64,000 nt of DNA from Candidatus Falkowbacteria bacterium (GCA_037132255.1 JBAXPN010000001.1:191395-255394), one strand, 5' to 3'; positions 40,995 through 50,115 are shown, numbered from the stretch's first letter. Program-made: numbers and translations. Notes: a model not told the origin generated them from the letters alone.

Positions 40995-41082
40995 ATATTT
41001 TATTTGGATTAATCACTAAGAGCGCCTAAAAAGACGAGCTTGGTAATTAATCCAAATATTCATACACAAACAAATTTTAGCC

Positions 41083-41217
41083 ATGAAAAACAAAAGAACA
41101 ATGCTAATTATTAAACTGGCCCTAATACTGGGCTTTACAATCGGAATGTTACTGATAATTAACAACATGACGGGCCCGACATTGGATCCGCCGCGCACAA
41201 TTAAGTCAGTTAAATAA
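41083..41217 (+). CDS. Small single-TM protein (44 aa), not in ORF track
   Basis: MKNKRTMLIIKLALILGFTIGMLLIINNMTGPTLDPPRTIKSVK, downstream of a strong promoter. Confidence 0.5.
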   Translation: MKNKRTMLIIKLALILGFTIGMLLIINNMTGPTLDPPRTIKSVK

Positions 41218-41238
41218 AACCATATAAAGTAAAAGGCA

Positions 41239-41433
41239 ATGACGCAATTTTGGAAAGTAATAATGTGGATCACATTCGTGACCATGATCGGCGGAGTGAC
41301 ATACTCTGCAGCTATAATGTTCTTAGAACACAAAGCGGTACTAATATTGCCGTCCTGGCTAGTATTTATAGCAGCAGTACTCGGTCTAATCGCCGCCATA
41401 ATGACAATTACTCGATTAGATTTGGAAGATTAA
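41239..41433 (+). CDS. Small two-TM membrane protein
   Basis: 64 aa with two hydrophobic helices. Terminator GCCCCG..CGGGGC-T6 follows. Confidence 0.55.
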   Translation: MTQFWKVIMWITFVTMIGGVTYSAAIMFLEHKAVLILPSWLVFIAAVLGLIAAIMTITRLDLED

Positions 41434-41538
41434 CATCTTTCCATTTCTGGCCCCGGAAACAAATCGGGGCTTTTTTATTTTTCCAATTTTTCATATATTA
41501 GGTTATAATATATAAATAATGTCCTAAAAAGAATTATT

Positions 41539-42168
41539 ATGATTCGTTTTAAAACTATCTCTATTTTTGTCGCGATTTCGCTAATTTTATTTATAGCTGT
41601 CTTTTTCTACGGTCGTTATCTGGGGCAAAAAAATGTTTCATTAGAAGCTCAAAAGCCGACCATAAATTCTCAAACAGTTTTAGAGCGGATAACAAGCCAA
41701 TATTTTTTAGTTACAAAAACTGTTTTTGTTAATAGTAAGGCCGAAATTGAAACACCAAAAAATAACAATTGGACCGATATATTTACCGGAAAGAAAATTA
41801 CAGTTGACGGCTTAATTAGGGTCGATGTCGGTGTCGAGATGAAAAATATGCGCCCGGAAAATATCGTCGTCGATTCTGAACAAAAAACGGTAACGATCAG
41901 CCTTCCACACGCCGAAATACTTGATGCCTCGTTATCTGGTGAATTAAATATCGATGAAGATAAAGCAATTACCGAGAAGCTCAAAGATGTTTTTAAGAAT
42001 ACGCAAAATGATGATTATAACTTAGCCCTCCAAACATTAATCGACAGCGCAAAAAGCCAAGTAACAGCCGACGAGAATATATTTAATTCTGCGCGAAGCG
42101 ATTCATTAAAGTTAGTCGAATTGATAGTTTCTGGCATGCTTGATGGATACAAATTAATAATTAAATAA
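41539..42168 (+). CDS. DUF4230 family membrane-anchored protein
   Basis: N-terminal TM. G.IRVDVGVEM and VTISLPHAEIL, typical of DUF4230. Confidence 0.75.
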   Translation: MIRFKTISIFVAISLILFIAVFFYGRYLGQKNVSLEAQKPTINSQTVLERITSQYFLVTKTVFVNSKAEIETPKNNNWTDIFTGKKITVDGLIRVDVGVEMKNMRPENIVVDSEQKTVTISLPHAEILDASLSGELNIDEDKAITEKLKDVFKNTQNDDYNLALQTLIDSAKSQVTADENIFNSARSDSLKLVELIVSGMLDGYKLIIK

Positions 42169-42179
42169 AAAATCTATTT

Positions 42180-43721
42180 ATGATATTTTGGGTATTGTAT
42201 TTTAGTGCTATAGCGTATTTTCAGATATCCAATACGATTAACGCGAATGCCTTTCTTAATCTGGGACTCTGCCTTTTTGTATTTATTCCGGTTCCTGAGA
42301 ATTTAAAGAGTAAAAAAATAATAAATATTATACGGACGCTTATTGCCTATATTCTTGCAATAACTTTATTATGGTCCGAATCTTATTTACCCCCCTTTAA
42401 AGTTATTTGGAATTTTTTTGTGCGTCCTGAGCTGCGACCAAGCCTGAGCTATATTTTGAATTTTGTGAACTCATTTTTCCAAATAAAATCTCTTCTTATT
42501 GTTTTAGCGATAATTACCATAGCATTACTTTTTAAATATACTAAACTAAAAAAAATCTCTCCAGCATTTTTTGCGATTTGCATCTTGATTCTATTCATTA
42601 CACAAAAGACAGCCATCAGCAAGGATTTTATTGATCGTTTCTATGCGAAAGAAGCGGCAAGATCATTCAGTATTTCGGAAAATCCGCAGAATAATTTCGA
42701 TGTAATAATTCTACAAATATGTTCGTTGTCCTGGGATGATTTGCAATACGCCAATACTGACGCAAAGTCTTTATTACGAAAATTTGATTATGTTTTCACC
42801 AATTTTAATTCAGCTACCCCATATAGCGATCCAGCAGCTCTTCGATTATTACAATCGGGTTGTGGACAAAAAACTGAGGGAGAATTATTTGCCACAGCTC
42901 CTGACAAATGTTATCTTTTAAACAATTTCCGAGCTCTAGACTATTCGACCTATTCCGCCTGGAATCATGATGGAAATTATTCAGACTTTAAATCCATAGT
43001 TCCTAAATACGGCAAGGCAGACCAGCCAATCAATATCAGCAGCCTGAAGCCGACTGAATTAAGTTTTGATAATGCGCCTATTTACCGTGATGGGGAGGTC
43101 TTGGATTTATGGCTCAAACAAAGAGAAACTAGCGGTAAGAAGTCTCTATTATTTTATAATAGTATTAGCCTGCATACAGGTTCGAGCTACATAGACGGCC
43201 AAAAATTATCTGAAAAGGATGAATATTCTTTGGCTTCAAAAAATGTTTTTAGCGATCTTGATAGTTTCCTGGATAAAATTAAGGCCAGTCAGCGCAATAC
43301 AATCGTTATATTATTAGGTGAACACGGGGCGGCGATTAGCGGCTCTAGCGTCCAGCCATCGACGGTCAGGGATATTCCGCTACCTTCGATCACGCAGGTG
43401 CCAGCGGCTGTAAAAATATTTGGACCTGGCTTTAATAGTGAAAACCCAAACAAAACAAGCATTATTAGTGATCCGGTTAGTTATACAGCTTTAGTCAAAA
43501 TTATCTCAAATGTTTTAGAAACCAACCCACAAAGTAGGCAAGAGCTACAAAATGCTAAGGTTGATAATAATTTACCGTTAACCGATCTTGTATCAGAATC
43601 TGAGAGCAGTATTGTATTCCAGGACGCGAGCGGGGTATTCTATAAATCTAAAAAAGATAAAAATTGGAATCAATTACCAAGCTCTTTTATGGTCAAGCCA
43701 GCGAACTATTTAGCGAATTAA
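42180..43721 (+). CDS. bcsG: Cellulose phosphoethanolamine transferase BcsG homolog
   Basis: N-terminal TM block (W.LYF...LNL...F..IP, LLWSESYLPP). FDVIILQICSLSWDDL, FTNFNSATPYSDPAALRLLQSGCGQ, NSISLHTG, GEHGAA and RDIPLPSITQVP match known BcsG motifs. Confidence 0.9.
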   Translation: MIFWVLYFSAIAYFQISNTINANAFLNLGLCLFVFIPVPENLKSKKIINIIRTLIAYILAITLLWSESYLPPFKVIWNFFVRPELRPSLSYILNFVNSFFQIKSLLIVLAIITIALLFKYTKLKKISPAFFAICILILFITQKTAISKDFIDRFYAKEAARSFSISENPQNNFDVIILQICSLSWDDLQYANTDAKSLLRKFDYVFTNFNSATPYSDPAALRLLQSGCGQKTEGELFATAPDKCYLLNNFRALDYSTYSAWNHDGNYSDFKSIVPKYGKADQPINISSLKPTELSFDNAPIYRDGEVLDLWLKQRETSGKKSLLFYNSISLHTGSSYIDGQKLSEKDEYSLASKNVFSDLDSFLDKIKASQRNTIVILLGEHGAAISGSSVQPSTVRDIPLPSITQVPAAVKIFGPGFNSENPNKTSIISDPVSYTALVKIISNVLETNPQSRQELQNAKVDNNLPLTDLVSESESSIVFQDASGVFYKSKKDKNWNQLPSSFMVKPANYLAN

Positions 43722-43746
43722 AAAATGAGCCGCGAGGCTCTTTTTT
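43722..43746 (+). terminator. Intrinsic terminator between bcsG and bcsA-like gene
   Basis: GAGCC-GCGA-GGCTC-TTTTTT. Confidence 0.75.
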
Positions 43747-43817
43747 GAAATAGCAAGCTTATTTAATATATGGTATATTAAATATGTGGAATTTAAGCAA
43801 AACTAAAGCCTTGCCAG

Positions 43818-45356
43818 GTGAAGAAAAGAACTCGAATATATTTAATTCTATTCAGTCTAGCAGCGCTAGGCTTATTTGTGTATTTTGGGGTTCGCCTCTA
43901 TGTCTTTTTTTCCAATGGTCATGGATTCTTAAACGTTACAATTTCCTTTTTTCTTTTACTAGCCGAAACTCATTCTATTCTGCATTCACTGGGTTTTATA
44001 ATTGGTCTTATTAGACTTCGTAATACTAGTGACGAACACAACCGTCACGCAAAGCTTGATCGAAATAATTTACCATCCGTCAGCATTCTGATACCAGCGA
44101 GAAACGAACCTTTAGACATACTCGAGATTACCTTTATCTCAGTTGTTTCTCTGGATTATGTAAATAAAAAAATTGTCTTTCTGGATGGCTCGGATGAAAA
44201 ATATTTAGCCGATAATAAAAACCTTGCCCTAAAATACGGTATCGACTACTTTCATCCAAACGAAAAACCAAAAAGTAAAGCAGAAATAGTAAATAAGTAT
44301 TTGCCGAGCATTTTAAGTAAGTACATAACAATTTTTGATGCCGATCAAAACCCCTTACCAGAATTTTTAATGGAAACTGTCGGACTAGCTGAGTATTCAA
44401 ATAAAATCGGCTTCATTCAAACGCCACAACTATACTCGAATCTTAACGCCAGTCCGATCGCCCGCGGCGCTGCCCTCCAGCAATCAATTTTTTATGAAAA
44501 TGTCTGCGAGGCGAAAGGGAAGTCTGGCGCTATGTTTTGTTGTGGCACGAACTTCCTTATGCAAACAGTTGCCTTGAAAAAAGTCGGAGGATTTGACGAG
44601 GACTCTGTGACTGAAGATTTTGCAACCTCCGTTAAAATTCATTCTTTAGGCTATCGTTCAATATACTATAACCACGTCAGAGTTTTCGGTATGGCTCCTG
44701 AAACTTTACCAGCCTATCTTAAACAACAATTTCGCTGGTCTGCGGGTTCGGTTGGTGTTTTACGCCGCCTGGTGATTGATTCTTGGAATGGTAAATTACA
44801 CCTCCGCATTTCCCAAGTTTGGGAATACTTTCTTTCAGCAACCTATTATTTCGTTGGCTGGTCATTCTTAATTTTAATGCTTTGTCCGATTCTTTATTTA
44901 TTATTTGATGTGCCGACATACTTTGCGAGTCCATATCTTTATCTCGGAACATTTATCCCTTACTACGTTCTAATGATGATTACTTTCTATTCAACCATGA
45001 AAAGAAGGCATTATAAAATGAAAGATGTTTTCAATGGCATTATCATGGGTTCATTAAGTTATCCGGTACTCATAAAATCAACCACGGCCGCAATTTTAGG
45101 AAAAAGAGTAACTTTTGAAATCACTGATAAAGGCAAATCAGGAAAACTAAGTTTTCTCAGTTTATGGCCTTGGACAATAATGATCGCCTTAAATATACTC
45201 GCAATCACTAACGGCCTACTTCATTTTTCTGAAAACCCCTACGCAATAATCGTAAATATTGTTTGGTGCACTTACCACGCCTTACTACTTTCACGTGTAT
45301 TTAAATTAAACAGAACTCCAATAATAGAAAAAAATAATGTCCTAAACTATACTTAA
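43818..45356 (+). CDS. bcsA: Cellulose-synthase-like processive GT2 (BcsA homolog) lacking PilZ domain
   Basis: IPARNEP, LDG, KSKA..VN, FDADQ, QTPQ, FCCGTN, VTEDF, GMAPE, QQFRW and gating-loop-like FEITDK. The ORF ends after two more TMs with no RxxxR PilZ. GTG start. Confidence 0.8.
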   Translation: MKKRTRIYLILFSLAALGLFVYFGVRLYVFFSNGHGFLNVTISFFLLLAETHSILHSLGFIIGLIRLRNTSDEHNRHAKLDRNNLPSVSILIPARNEPLDILEITFISVVSLDYVNKKIVFLDGSDEKYLADNKNLALKYGIDYFHPNEKPKSKAEIVNKYLPSILSKYITIFDADQNPLPEFLMETVGLAEYSNKIGFIQTPQLYSNLNASPIARGAALQQSIFYENVCEAKGKSGAMFCCGTNFLMQTVALKKVGGFDEDSVTEDFATSVKIHSLGYRSIYYNHVRVFGMAPETLPAYLKQQFRWSAGSVGVLRRLVIDSWNGKLHLRISQVWEYFLSATYYFVGWSFLILMLCPILYLLFDVPTYFASPYLYLGTFIPYYVLMMITFYSTMKRRHYKMKDVFNGIIMGSLSYPVLIKSTTAAILGKRVTFEITDKGKSGKLSFLSLWPWTIMIALNILAITNGLLHFSENPYAIIVNIVWCTYHALLLSRVFKLNRTPIIEKNNVLNYT

Positions 45357-45357
45357 T

Positions 45358-45615
45358 ATGAAAAATAAACCAAATATTATGTCCCCAGAGCTAGTTTTAC
45401 AGCTCATTAACGAGGCAAGGATAAAAGAAGAGTTAGCTATCCCGATTTATACTAGCCATATAAAACAAACCCTGTTTTGGTCTGGACTACCTAATGCTAA
45501 GCAAGAAAAAATAATAGCGAGTTTAAAATTACTAGAAGCGGATTCGCAGAAACACGCTAAAATCTTAAAAATGGTCGCAAATAATTACACTAAATATCTT
45601 AAAAAATATGTTTAA
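45358..45615 (+). CDS. Small ferritin-like (two-helix) protein A
   Basis: 85 aa. Helix EARIKEELAIPIY and helix LLEADSQKHAKIL. ATG is 1 nt after the bcsA stop. Confidence 0.6.
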   Translation: MKNKPNIMSPELVLQLINEARIKEELAIPIYTSHIKQTLFWSGLPNAKQEKIIASLKLLEADSQKHAKILKMVANNYTKYLKKYV

Positions 45616-45796
45616 TAATAACGATTATCGTACATATTTTAAGCAGCTTTACGAAGTTGAATTAATGATGAAGCGTGAAGGCGAGGAATTATTAAAATTA
45701 GTTCCCGACGAAGAATCGCAATTAATTCTAAAAAGTCTAGTCGCTGATGAAATAAGACACGCTAAAATAGTTAAAGAAATGATGGCACTTATTTAA
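45608..45796 (+). CDS. Small ferritin/rubrerythrin-like (two-helix) protein B
   Basis: 62 aa. Helix LYEVELMM and helix LKSLVADEIRHAKIV (ExxH). Overlaps the upstream gene by 8 nt. Confidence 0.7.
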   Translation: MFNNNDYRTYFKQLYEVELMMKREGEELLKLVPDEESQLILKSLVADEIRHAKIVKEMMALI

Positions 45797-45806
45797 CAAT
45801 AATCTT

Positions 45807-46697
45807 ATGTCTAAAATAAAAACTGCAGTTATACCAGTCGGTGGTTGGGGTACTAGATTCCTTCCAATTACTAAAAGTATCCCAAAAGAGATGCTTCCGC
45901 TCGGCAACAAACCTATAATTCTTCACGTTGTCGAAGAAGTAGTTGCATCCGGCATCACCAATATTATTTTCGTCGTTTCGCAACATAAGCAAGTTATTGA
46001 AAGTTTCTTTTCCAGCAACGAAATGCTCGAAGATTATTTTCTTAAAATTGGAGCTAAGGCACAGGCGGAAAATCTGAAGAAAATTACCGAGATGGCCAAT
46101 TTTACTTTCGTCTACACTAAAAATCCTCACGGAAATAGCGGCGCTCTTGGAGCTGTTCGTAATTTAGTTAAAGATGAACCATTTATAGTTATCTGGTCAG
46201 ACGAAGTAATTATTTCGAAAGAAAAAACACGTGTCAAGCAATGTCTTGAAACTTTCGAAAAATATAATAAGCCAGTTATCTCAGCTGTGAAAATACTTGA
46301 CCCGAAAAAACGACAGCGCTATGGCATGGCTGAATTAGCTGACATGGAAGGCGAAACTGATATTAAAGAAATCAAAAGCATCGTCGAAAAACCGGCCTTC
46401 GGAACCGAACCATCGGAATACGCAACACATGGTGCTTATGTCCTAACTTCAGAAATATTTACTGCACTTGATACAATTCCTGATAATGAGGAAAAGGAAA
46501 TTAGCCTTGTTGATGTAATCAATATCATGAAGGAAAAAACCGGTTTAATCGCAAAAATTATTCCCGATGCACATTATCTTGATTGTGGTAATCCGCTCGA
46601 ATATCTGTATTCGCAAATTGACTATTATGCCAATTACTCGGAATACTCCGCTGACGTTCTTGATTACCTGGGAAAGGGAGTTTGCAAACGAGTCTAA
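45807..46697 (+). CDS. galU: UTP--glucose-1-phosphate uridylyltransferase
   Basis: AVIPVGGWGTRFLPITKSIPKEMLP, IVEKP and YLDCGN motifs. Confidence 0.88.
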   Translation: MSKIKTAVIPVGGWGTRFLPITKSIPKEMLPLGNKPIILHVVEEVVASGITNIIFVVSQHKQVIESFFSSNEMLEDYFLKIGAKAQAENLKKITEMANFTFVYTKNPHGNSGALGAVRNLVKDEPFIVIWSDEVIISKEKTRVKQCLETFEKYNKPVISAVKILDPKKRQRYGMAELADMEGETDIKEIKSIVEKPAFGTEPSEYATHGAYVLTSEIFTALDTIPDNEEKEISLVDVINIMKEKTGLIAKIIPDAHYLDCGNPLEYLYSQIDYYANYSEYSADVLDYLGKGVCKRV

Positions 46698-46709
46698 ACA
46701 ATATACGAC

Positions 46710-46738
46710 AAAAAAAACGAGCGCTTGGCTCGTTTTTT
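46710..46738. terminator. Bidirectional terminator
   Basis: A8-CGAGC-GCTTG-GCTCG-T6 between convergent genes. Confidence 0.8.
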
Positions 46739-46748
46739 ATTTAAGAAA

Positions 46749-47522
46749 TTATTTTGTTATTAGACTCCGCATCGAAAGGCTTTTATTTGAGATTCCTTCG
46801 CTGAATGATTTTATCTCTTCATTCTCATATTGAAGTCCGAGAAAATATATTAATGGTAAATAATGTTCTGGTGTCGGAATAGATGATTTCGCCTCTGGGC
46901 CTAATTTTTCGAAATCAATTAATTTTTTATAGTCATGACTATTTATGAGTTGCGAGACGTGTTCATCAAATTTAGAAGCCCAAGAGTAGGGAATAGCGCT
47001 TTCATCAAAGTCGATAAGTCCAAGATTATGAACAATATTCCCGCTACAGACGATTAAACATCCATCTTCACGCAAAGCGCGTCCAATCTGAAAATGATAA
47101 TCAGAAGGCTTGCTGCCGTTTATACTTAATTGAGCTACCGGAATATCGGCCTTCGGGAATAAGCGTGACAGTGGAACCCAGGCGCCATGATCAATGCCCC
47201 ACGAATTATCAAATTCAATATTTTCTATCGGTTCGAGCAACTCTTTTATCTTTTTCGCAATTTCCGGCGAACCAATTACAGGATATTTAAGCACGTATAG
47301 TTCTTCGGGAAAACCATAAAAATCATTAATCTGCTTTGGTTGTTTTGTATCCGAGGTCACCGTCTTATCAGTATACCAATGCGCAGAGATGCATAAAATT
47401 GCCTTTGGCCTAACAAGATCTTGCCCGATTTTTTCCCAGGATGCAGTATAGACATTATTCTCAATTGCGTTCATCGGACTTCCATGCCCAATAAATATAG
47501 CTGGCATTCTTGATTTTGTCAT
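46749..47522 (-). CDS. ygiD: 4,5-DOPA extradiol dioxygenase family (LigB-like)
   Basis: FIGHGSPM, ISAHW, DFYGFP, GIDHGAW, SGNIVHNL and PTPEHYLPL motifs. Confidence 0.9.
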   Translation of the reverse strand: MTKSRMPAIFIGHGSPMNAIENNVYTASWEKIGQDLVRPKAILCISAHWYTDKTVTSDTKQPKQINDFYGFPEELYVLKYPVIGSPEIAKKIKELLEPIENIEFDNSWGIDHGAWVPLSRLFPKADIPVAQLSINGSKPSDYHFQIGRALREDGCLIVCSGNIVHNLGLIDFDESAIPYSWASKFDEHVSQLINSHDYKKLIDFEKLGPEAKSSIPTPEHYLPLIYFLGLQYENEEIKSFSEGISNKSLSMRSLITK

Positions 47523-47669
47523 AGATTTTATATATTTCGATTAATATTCTTAATTAATTATATTCCAGTTTTCAAATAAATACACGATATTTCTAAAAAT
47601 TTTCATTGACCACGCCCAATTTTAAGTCTAAAATAATTATAAGAAGACATAAATTATAATAAAAATATA

Positions 47670-48635
47670 ATGTTTTATCCCCTCGAACTATTTGCAAATT
47701 GGCTAACATTCTCAGTTTTTAGGCTTGCGCAGAATACGAAAAGCGGAGAAGTTCTGAGCTATTTTATTTTCGATACCTTAAAAATTATCATTCTTCTGTT
47801 CATTATTATCTTTCTTGTTTCCTTTATCAGGACGTACCTTCCAGCAGATAAAGTTAGAATATTTCTAGCGAAGAAACGAAAACTAAGCGCACATATTTTA
47901 GCCTCACTACTGGGCATAATAACACCATTTTGTTCCTGTTCGGCTGTGCCCCTATTTTTAGGGTTCGTTGAGGCGGGCATACCGCTTGGCGTAACTTTCT
48001 CTTTTTTAGTAGCATCACCAATGATTAACGAAGTCGCTTTAGTTTTATTATTAGGACTCTTTGGCTGGAAAATCGCTCTCATATATATTATTAGTGGACT
48101 ACTTATCGCAATAATATCCGGTCTTATAATCGGTCGTTTAAAAGTGGAGCATCTCATCGCTGATTTTGTCTGGACTAAAAATGAAAACAAAATTAAAACA
48201 AATAGCACTCAAAAGACATTTAATGAAAGGGTTCGTTATTCAAAAAAATATGCCCTGAATATTATTAAAAATGTCTGGGCATATATTATTATTGGAGTCG
48301 GCCTTGGCGCCTGGATTCACGGATACGTGCCAGCTGATTTTTTAATAAAATATGCTGGGGCGGGAAAATGGTATGCCGTCCCCTTAGCCACATTAATCGG
48401 AATACCATTATACTCAAATACTGCTGGGGTCATCCCGCTTGTTAGCGCCCTCACAGAGAAGGGTCTAGCGATTGGCACAACCCTAGCGTTTATGATGGCC
48501 GTAACCGCGCTTTCGCTTCCCGAGTTTATGATTTTAAAAAGAATCATGAAAACAAAACTTATTGTTATATTTGCCTCAGTTGTTGGCTCAGGCATAATTA
48601 TCGTCGGCTACCTATTTAATTATATTTTAAAATAG
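47670..48635 (+). CDS. ArsP/DUF318 family permease
   Basis: TPFCSCSAVP, SFLVASPMINE, GIPLY and ALSLPE motifs. Confidence 0.88.
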   Translation: MFYPLELFANWLTFSVFRLAQNTKSGEVLSYFIFDTLKIIILLFIIIFLVSFIRTYLPADKVRIFLAKKRKLSAHILASLLGIITPFCSCSAVPLFLGFVEAGIPLGVTFSFLVASPMINEVALVLLLGLFGWKIALIYIISGLLIAIISGLIIGRLKVEHLIADFVWTKNENKIKTNSTQKTFNERVRYSKKYALNIIKNVWAYIIIGVGLGAWIHGYVPADFLIKYAGAGKWYAVPLATLIGIPLYSNTAGVIPLVSALTEKGLAIGTTLAFMMAVTALSLPEFMILKRIMKTKLIVIFASVVGSGIIIVGYLFNYILK

Positions 48636-48661
48636 TGTTAATAATATTAACTTCTAAATGT

Positions 48662-49108
48662 ATGGAAGATAAACAAATTTTTTCAAACAATAAAGAAAAA
48701 AATGAGACTAAGACCTGGCACGAGAAACATATTGTAAGCTCAAGTTGGGGACAAAAAGTCGCCGATAGCACAGCAAATTTGATGGGCTCTTGGAAATTCA
48801 TTATTGGTCAGACAATTTTTGTCATCCTCTGGATGTCGCTAAATACAATTGCCTATATAAACCATTGGGATATTTATCCATTCATTCTTCTCAATCTAAT
48901 ATTTTCTACTCAGGCGGCGTATGCTGCGCCGATAATTATGATGGCACAAAATCGCCAAAATGACCGTGACCGCTTTCAAGCTAAAGAAGATTATTCCACC
49001 AATCTTTCGGCAAAAAAAGAAATTGAAGACTTGCAAACTTCTTTAGCGCGAATCGAAACCGAAAAATTAGATAAAATTATTGATATTCTAAATAAATCAA
49101 CAAAATAA
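48662..49108 (+). CDS. DUF1003 membrane protein
   Basis: GSWKFI, YPFILLNL and QAAYAAPIIMMAQNRQ..RD motifs. Confidence 0.9.
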   Translation: MEDKQIFSNNKEKNETKTWHEKHIVSSSWGQKVADSTANLMGSWKFIIGQTIFVILWMSLNTIAYINHWDIYPFILLNLIFSTQAAYAAPIIMMAQNRQNDRDRFQAKEDYSTNLSAKKEIEDLQTSLARIETEKLDKIIDILNKSTK

Positions 49109-49113
49109 TTGAA

Positions 49114-49275
49114 ATGGATAAAAAAATTATAATTTTAGGAATGTGCTTTGGTTCGATAATAGGATCATATTTGCCGACACTATTCGGGGCAAACATTTTT
49201 TCAATTGTCAGCGTATTAAGCGGCGCTGTCGGGGGATTACTGGGCATCTGGTTATCATATCGGATATTAAACTGA
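49114..49275 (+). CDS. Small Gly-rich two-TM membrane protein (53 aa), not in ORF track
   Basis: MDKKIIILGMCFGSIIGSYLPTLFGANIFSIVSVLSGAVGGLLGIWLSYRILN, starting 5 nt after the DUF1003 stop. Confidence 0.65.
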   Translation: MDKKIIILGMCFGSIIGSYLPTLFGANIFSIVSVLSGAVGGLLGIWLSYRILN

Positions 49276-49307
49276 TCATTTCATAACAAATATGTTATAA
49301 TCATCTT

Positions 49308-50111
49308 ATGAAAAGAAAAACAAAAATCAAACATTATAAAATATATATACTGATATTTATCGGCGGAATTATTATTGGATCTGGTATTTTTTGTCTGTAT
49401 TCTATTTTAAAAAACAAAGACACAATAGCCCAAAACGATTCTAATATAAATTACGCTGTCTTCAATTGCGTAAATAGCAAAACAATCCAAGCAATTTTTT
49501 TTAATGGCAAGGTTGAACTTATACTAAATGATGGGCGGAATCTGCTTCTTGAACAGGCGATTTCCGCTTCTGGCGCCAGGTATGCGAATAGCGACGAAAG
49601 TATTGTTTTTTGGAATAAGGGAAATACCGCCTTTATCGAAGAAGCTGGCCAAGTAAGCTTTTCTGACTGTAGTGAAGGGAACAAAACAGATTCAACGCTA
49701 GCTGGTTTAAATTCTCAAGAAAGCGGAAATAATCAAATCGATTCAAGCTCGCCAATTTTACCACTATACCCAAACTTAACTTGGAATAAGGAAGTTGCCA
49801 CAACAACTGTTGCTTTTGGCATGTATCTAACTGGAACGAGAATTAATTCTAAGCAAATTAGCGATAGCGCCTATTATAAATCAACTTCTTTATTCGATAA
49901 GTATTACGACAACCAATTAACGGCTAATGGCTGGGGAAAAAATAAAGATTATGTCGCCGATGGGCCAGGCACATCTATCTGGGCGTATACAAAGGGTAGT
50001 AAGATTATTGTTCTGTCTTATACGTCCGAAGAATTAAATCCAAGCACGAATCGACCTTTCTCATGTCCCTGTCAAATGACATTCTCGATATTTTACGGTG
50101 AAATCAAATAA
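49308..50111 (+). CDS. Membrane-anchored protein with MliC (lysozyme inhibitor) domain plus extra C-terminal domain
   Basis: F.C..., SASGARY, FWNKGNTAF and a closing Cys. Confidence 0.8.
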   Translation: MKRKTKIKHYKIYILIFIGGIIIGSGIFCLYSILKNKDTIAQNDSNINYAVFNCVNSKTIQAIFFNGKVELILNDGRNLLLEQAISASGARYANSDESIVFWNKGNTAFIEEAGQVSFSDCSEGNKTDSTLAGLNSQESGNNQIDSSSPILPLYPNLTWNKEVATTTVAFGMYLTGTRINSKQISDSAYYKSTSLFDKYYDNQLTANGWGKNKDYVADGPGTSIWAYTKGSKIIVLSYTSEELNPSTNRPFSCPCQMTFSIFYGEIK

Positions 50112-50115
50112 ACCT

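Noticed and set aside
41016-41501. ORFs 41016-41399 (-) and 41250-41501 (+)
   Set aside because: They overlap the better-supported small membrane ORFs that have a promoter and terminator.
47670-48635. Arsenic-resistance operon
   Set aside because: Only the ArsP-like permease is present, with no arsR/arsC/acr3 nearby, so its substrate cannot be assigned.
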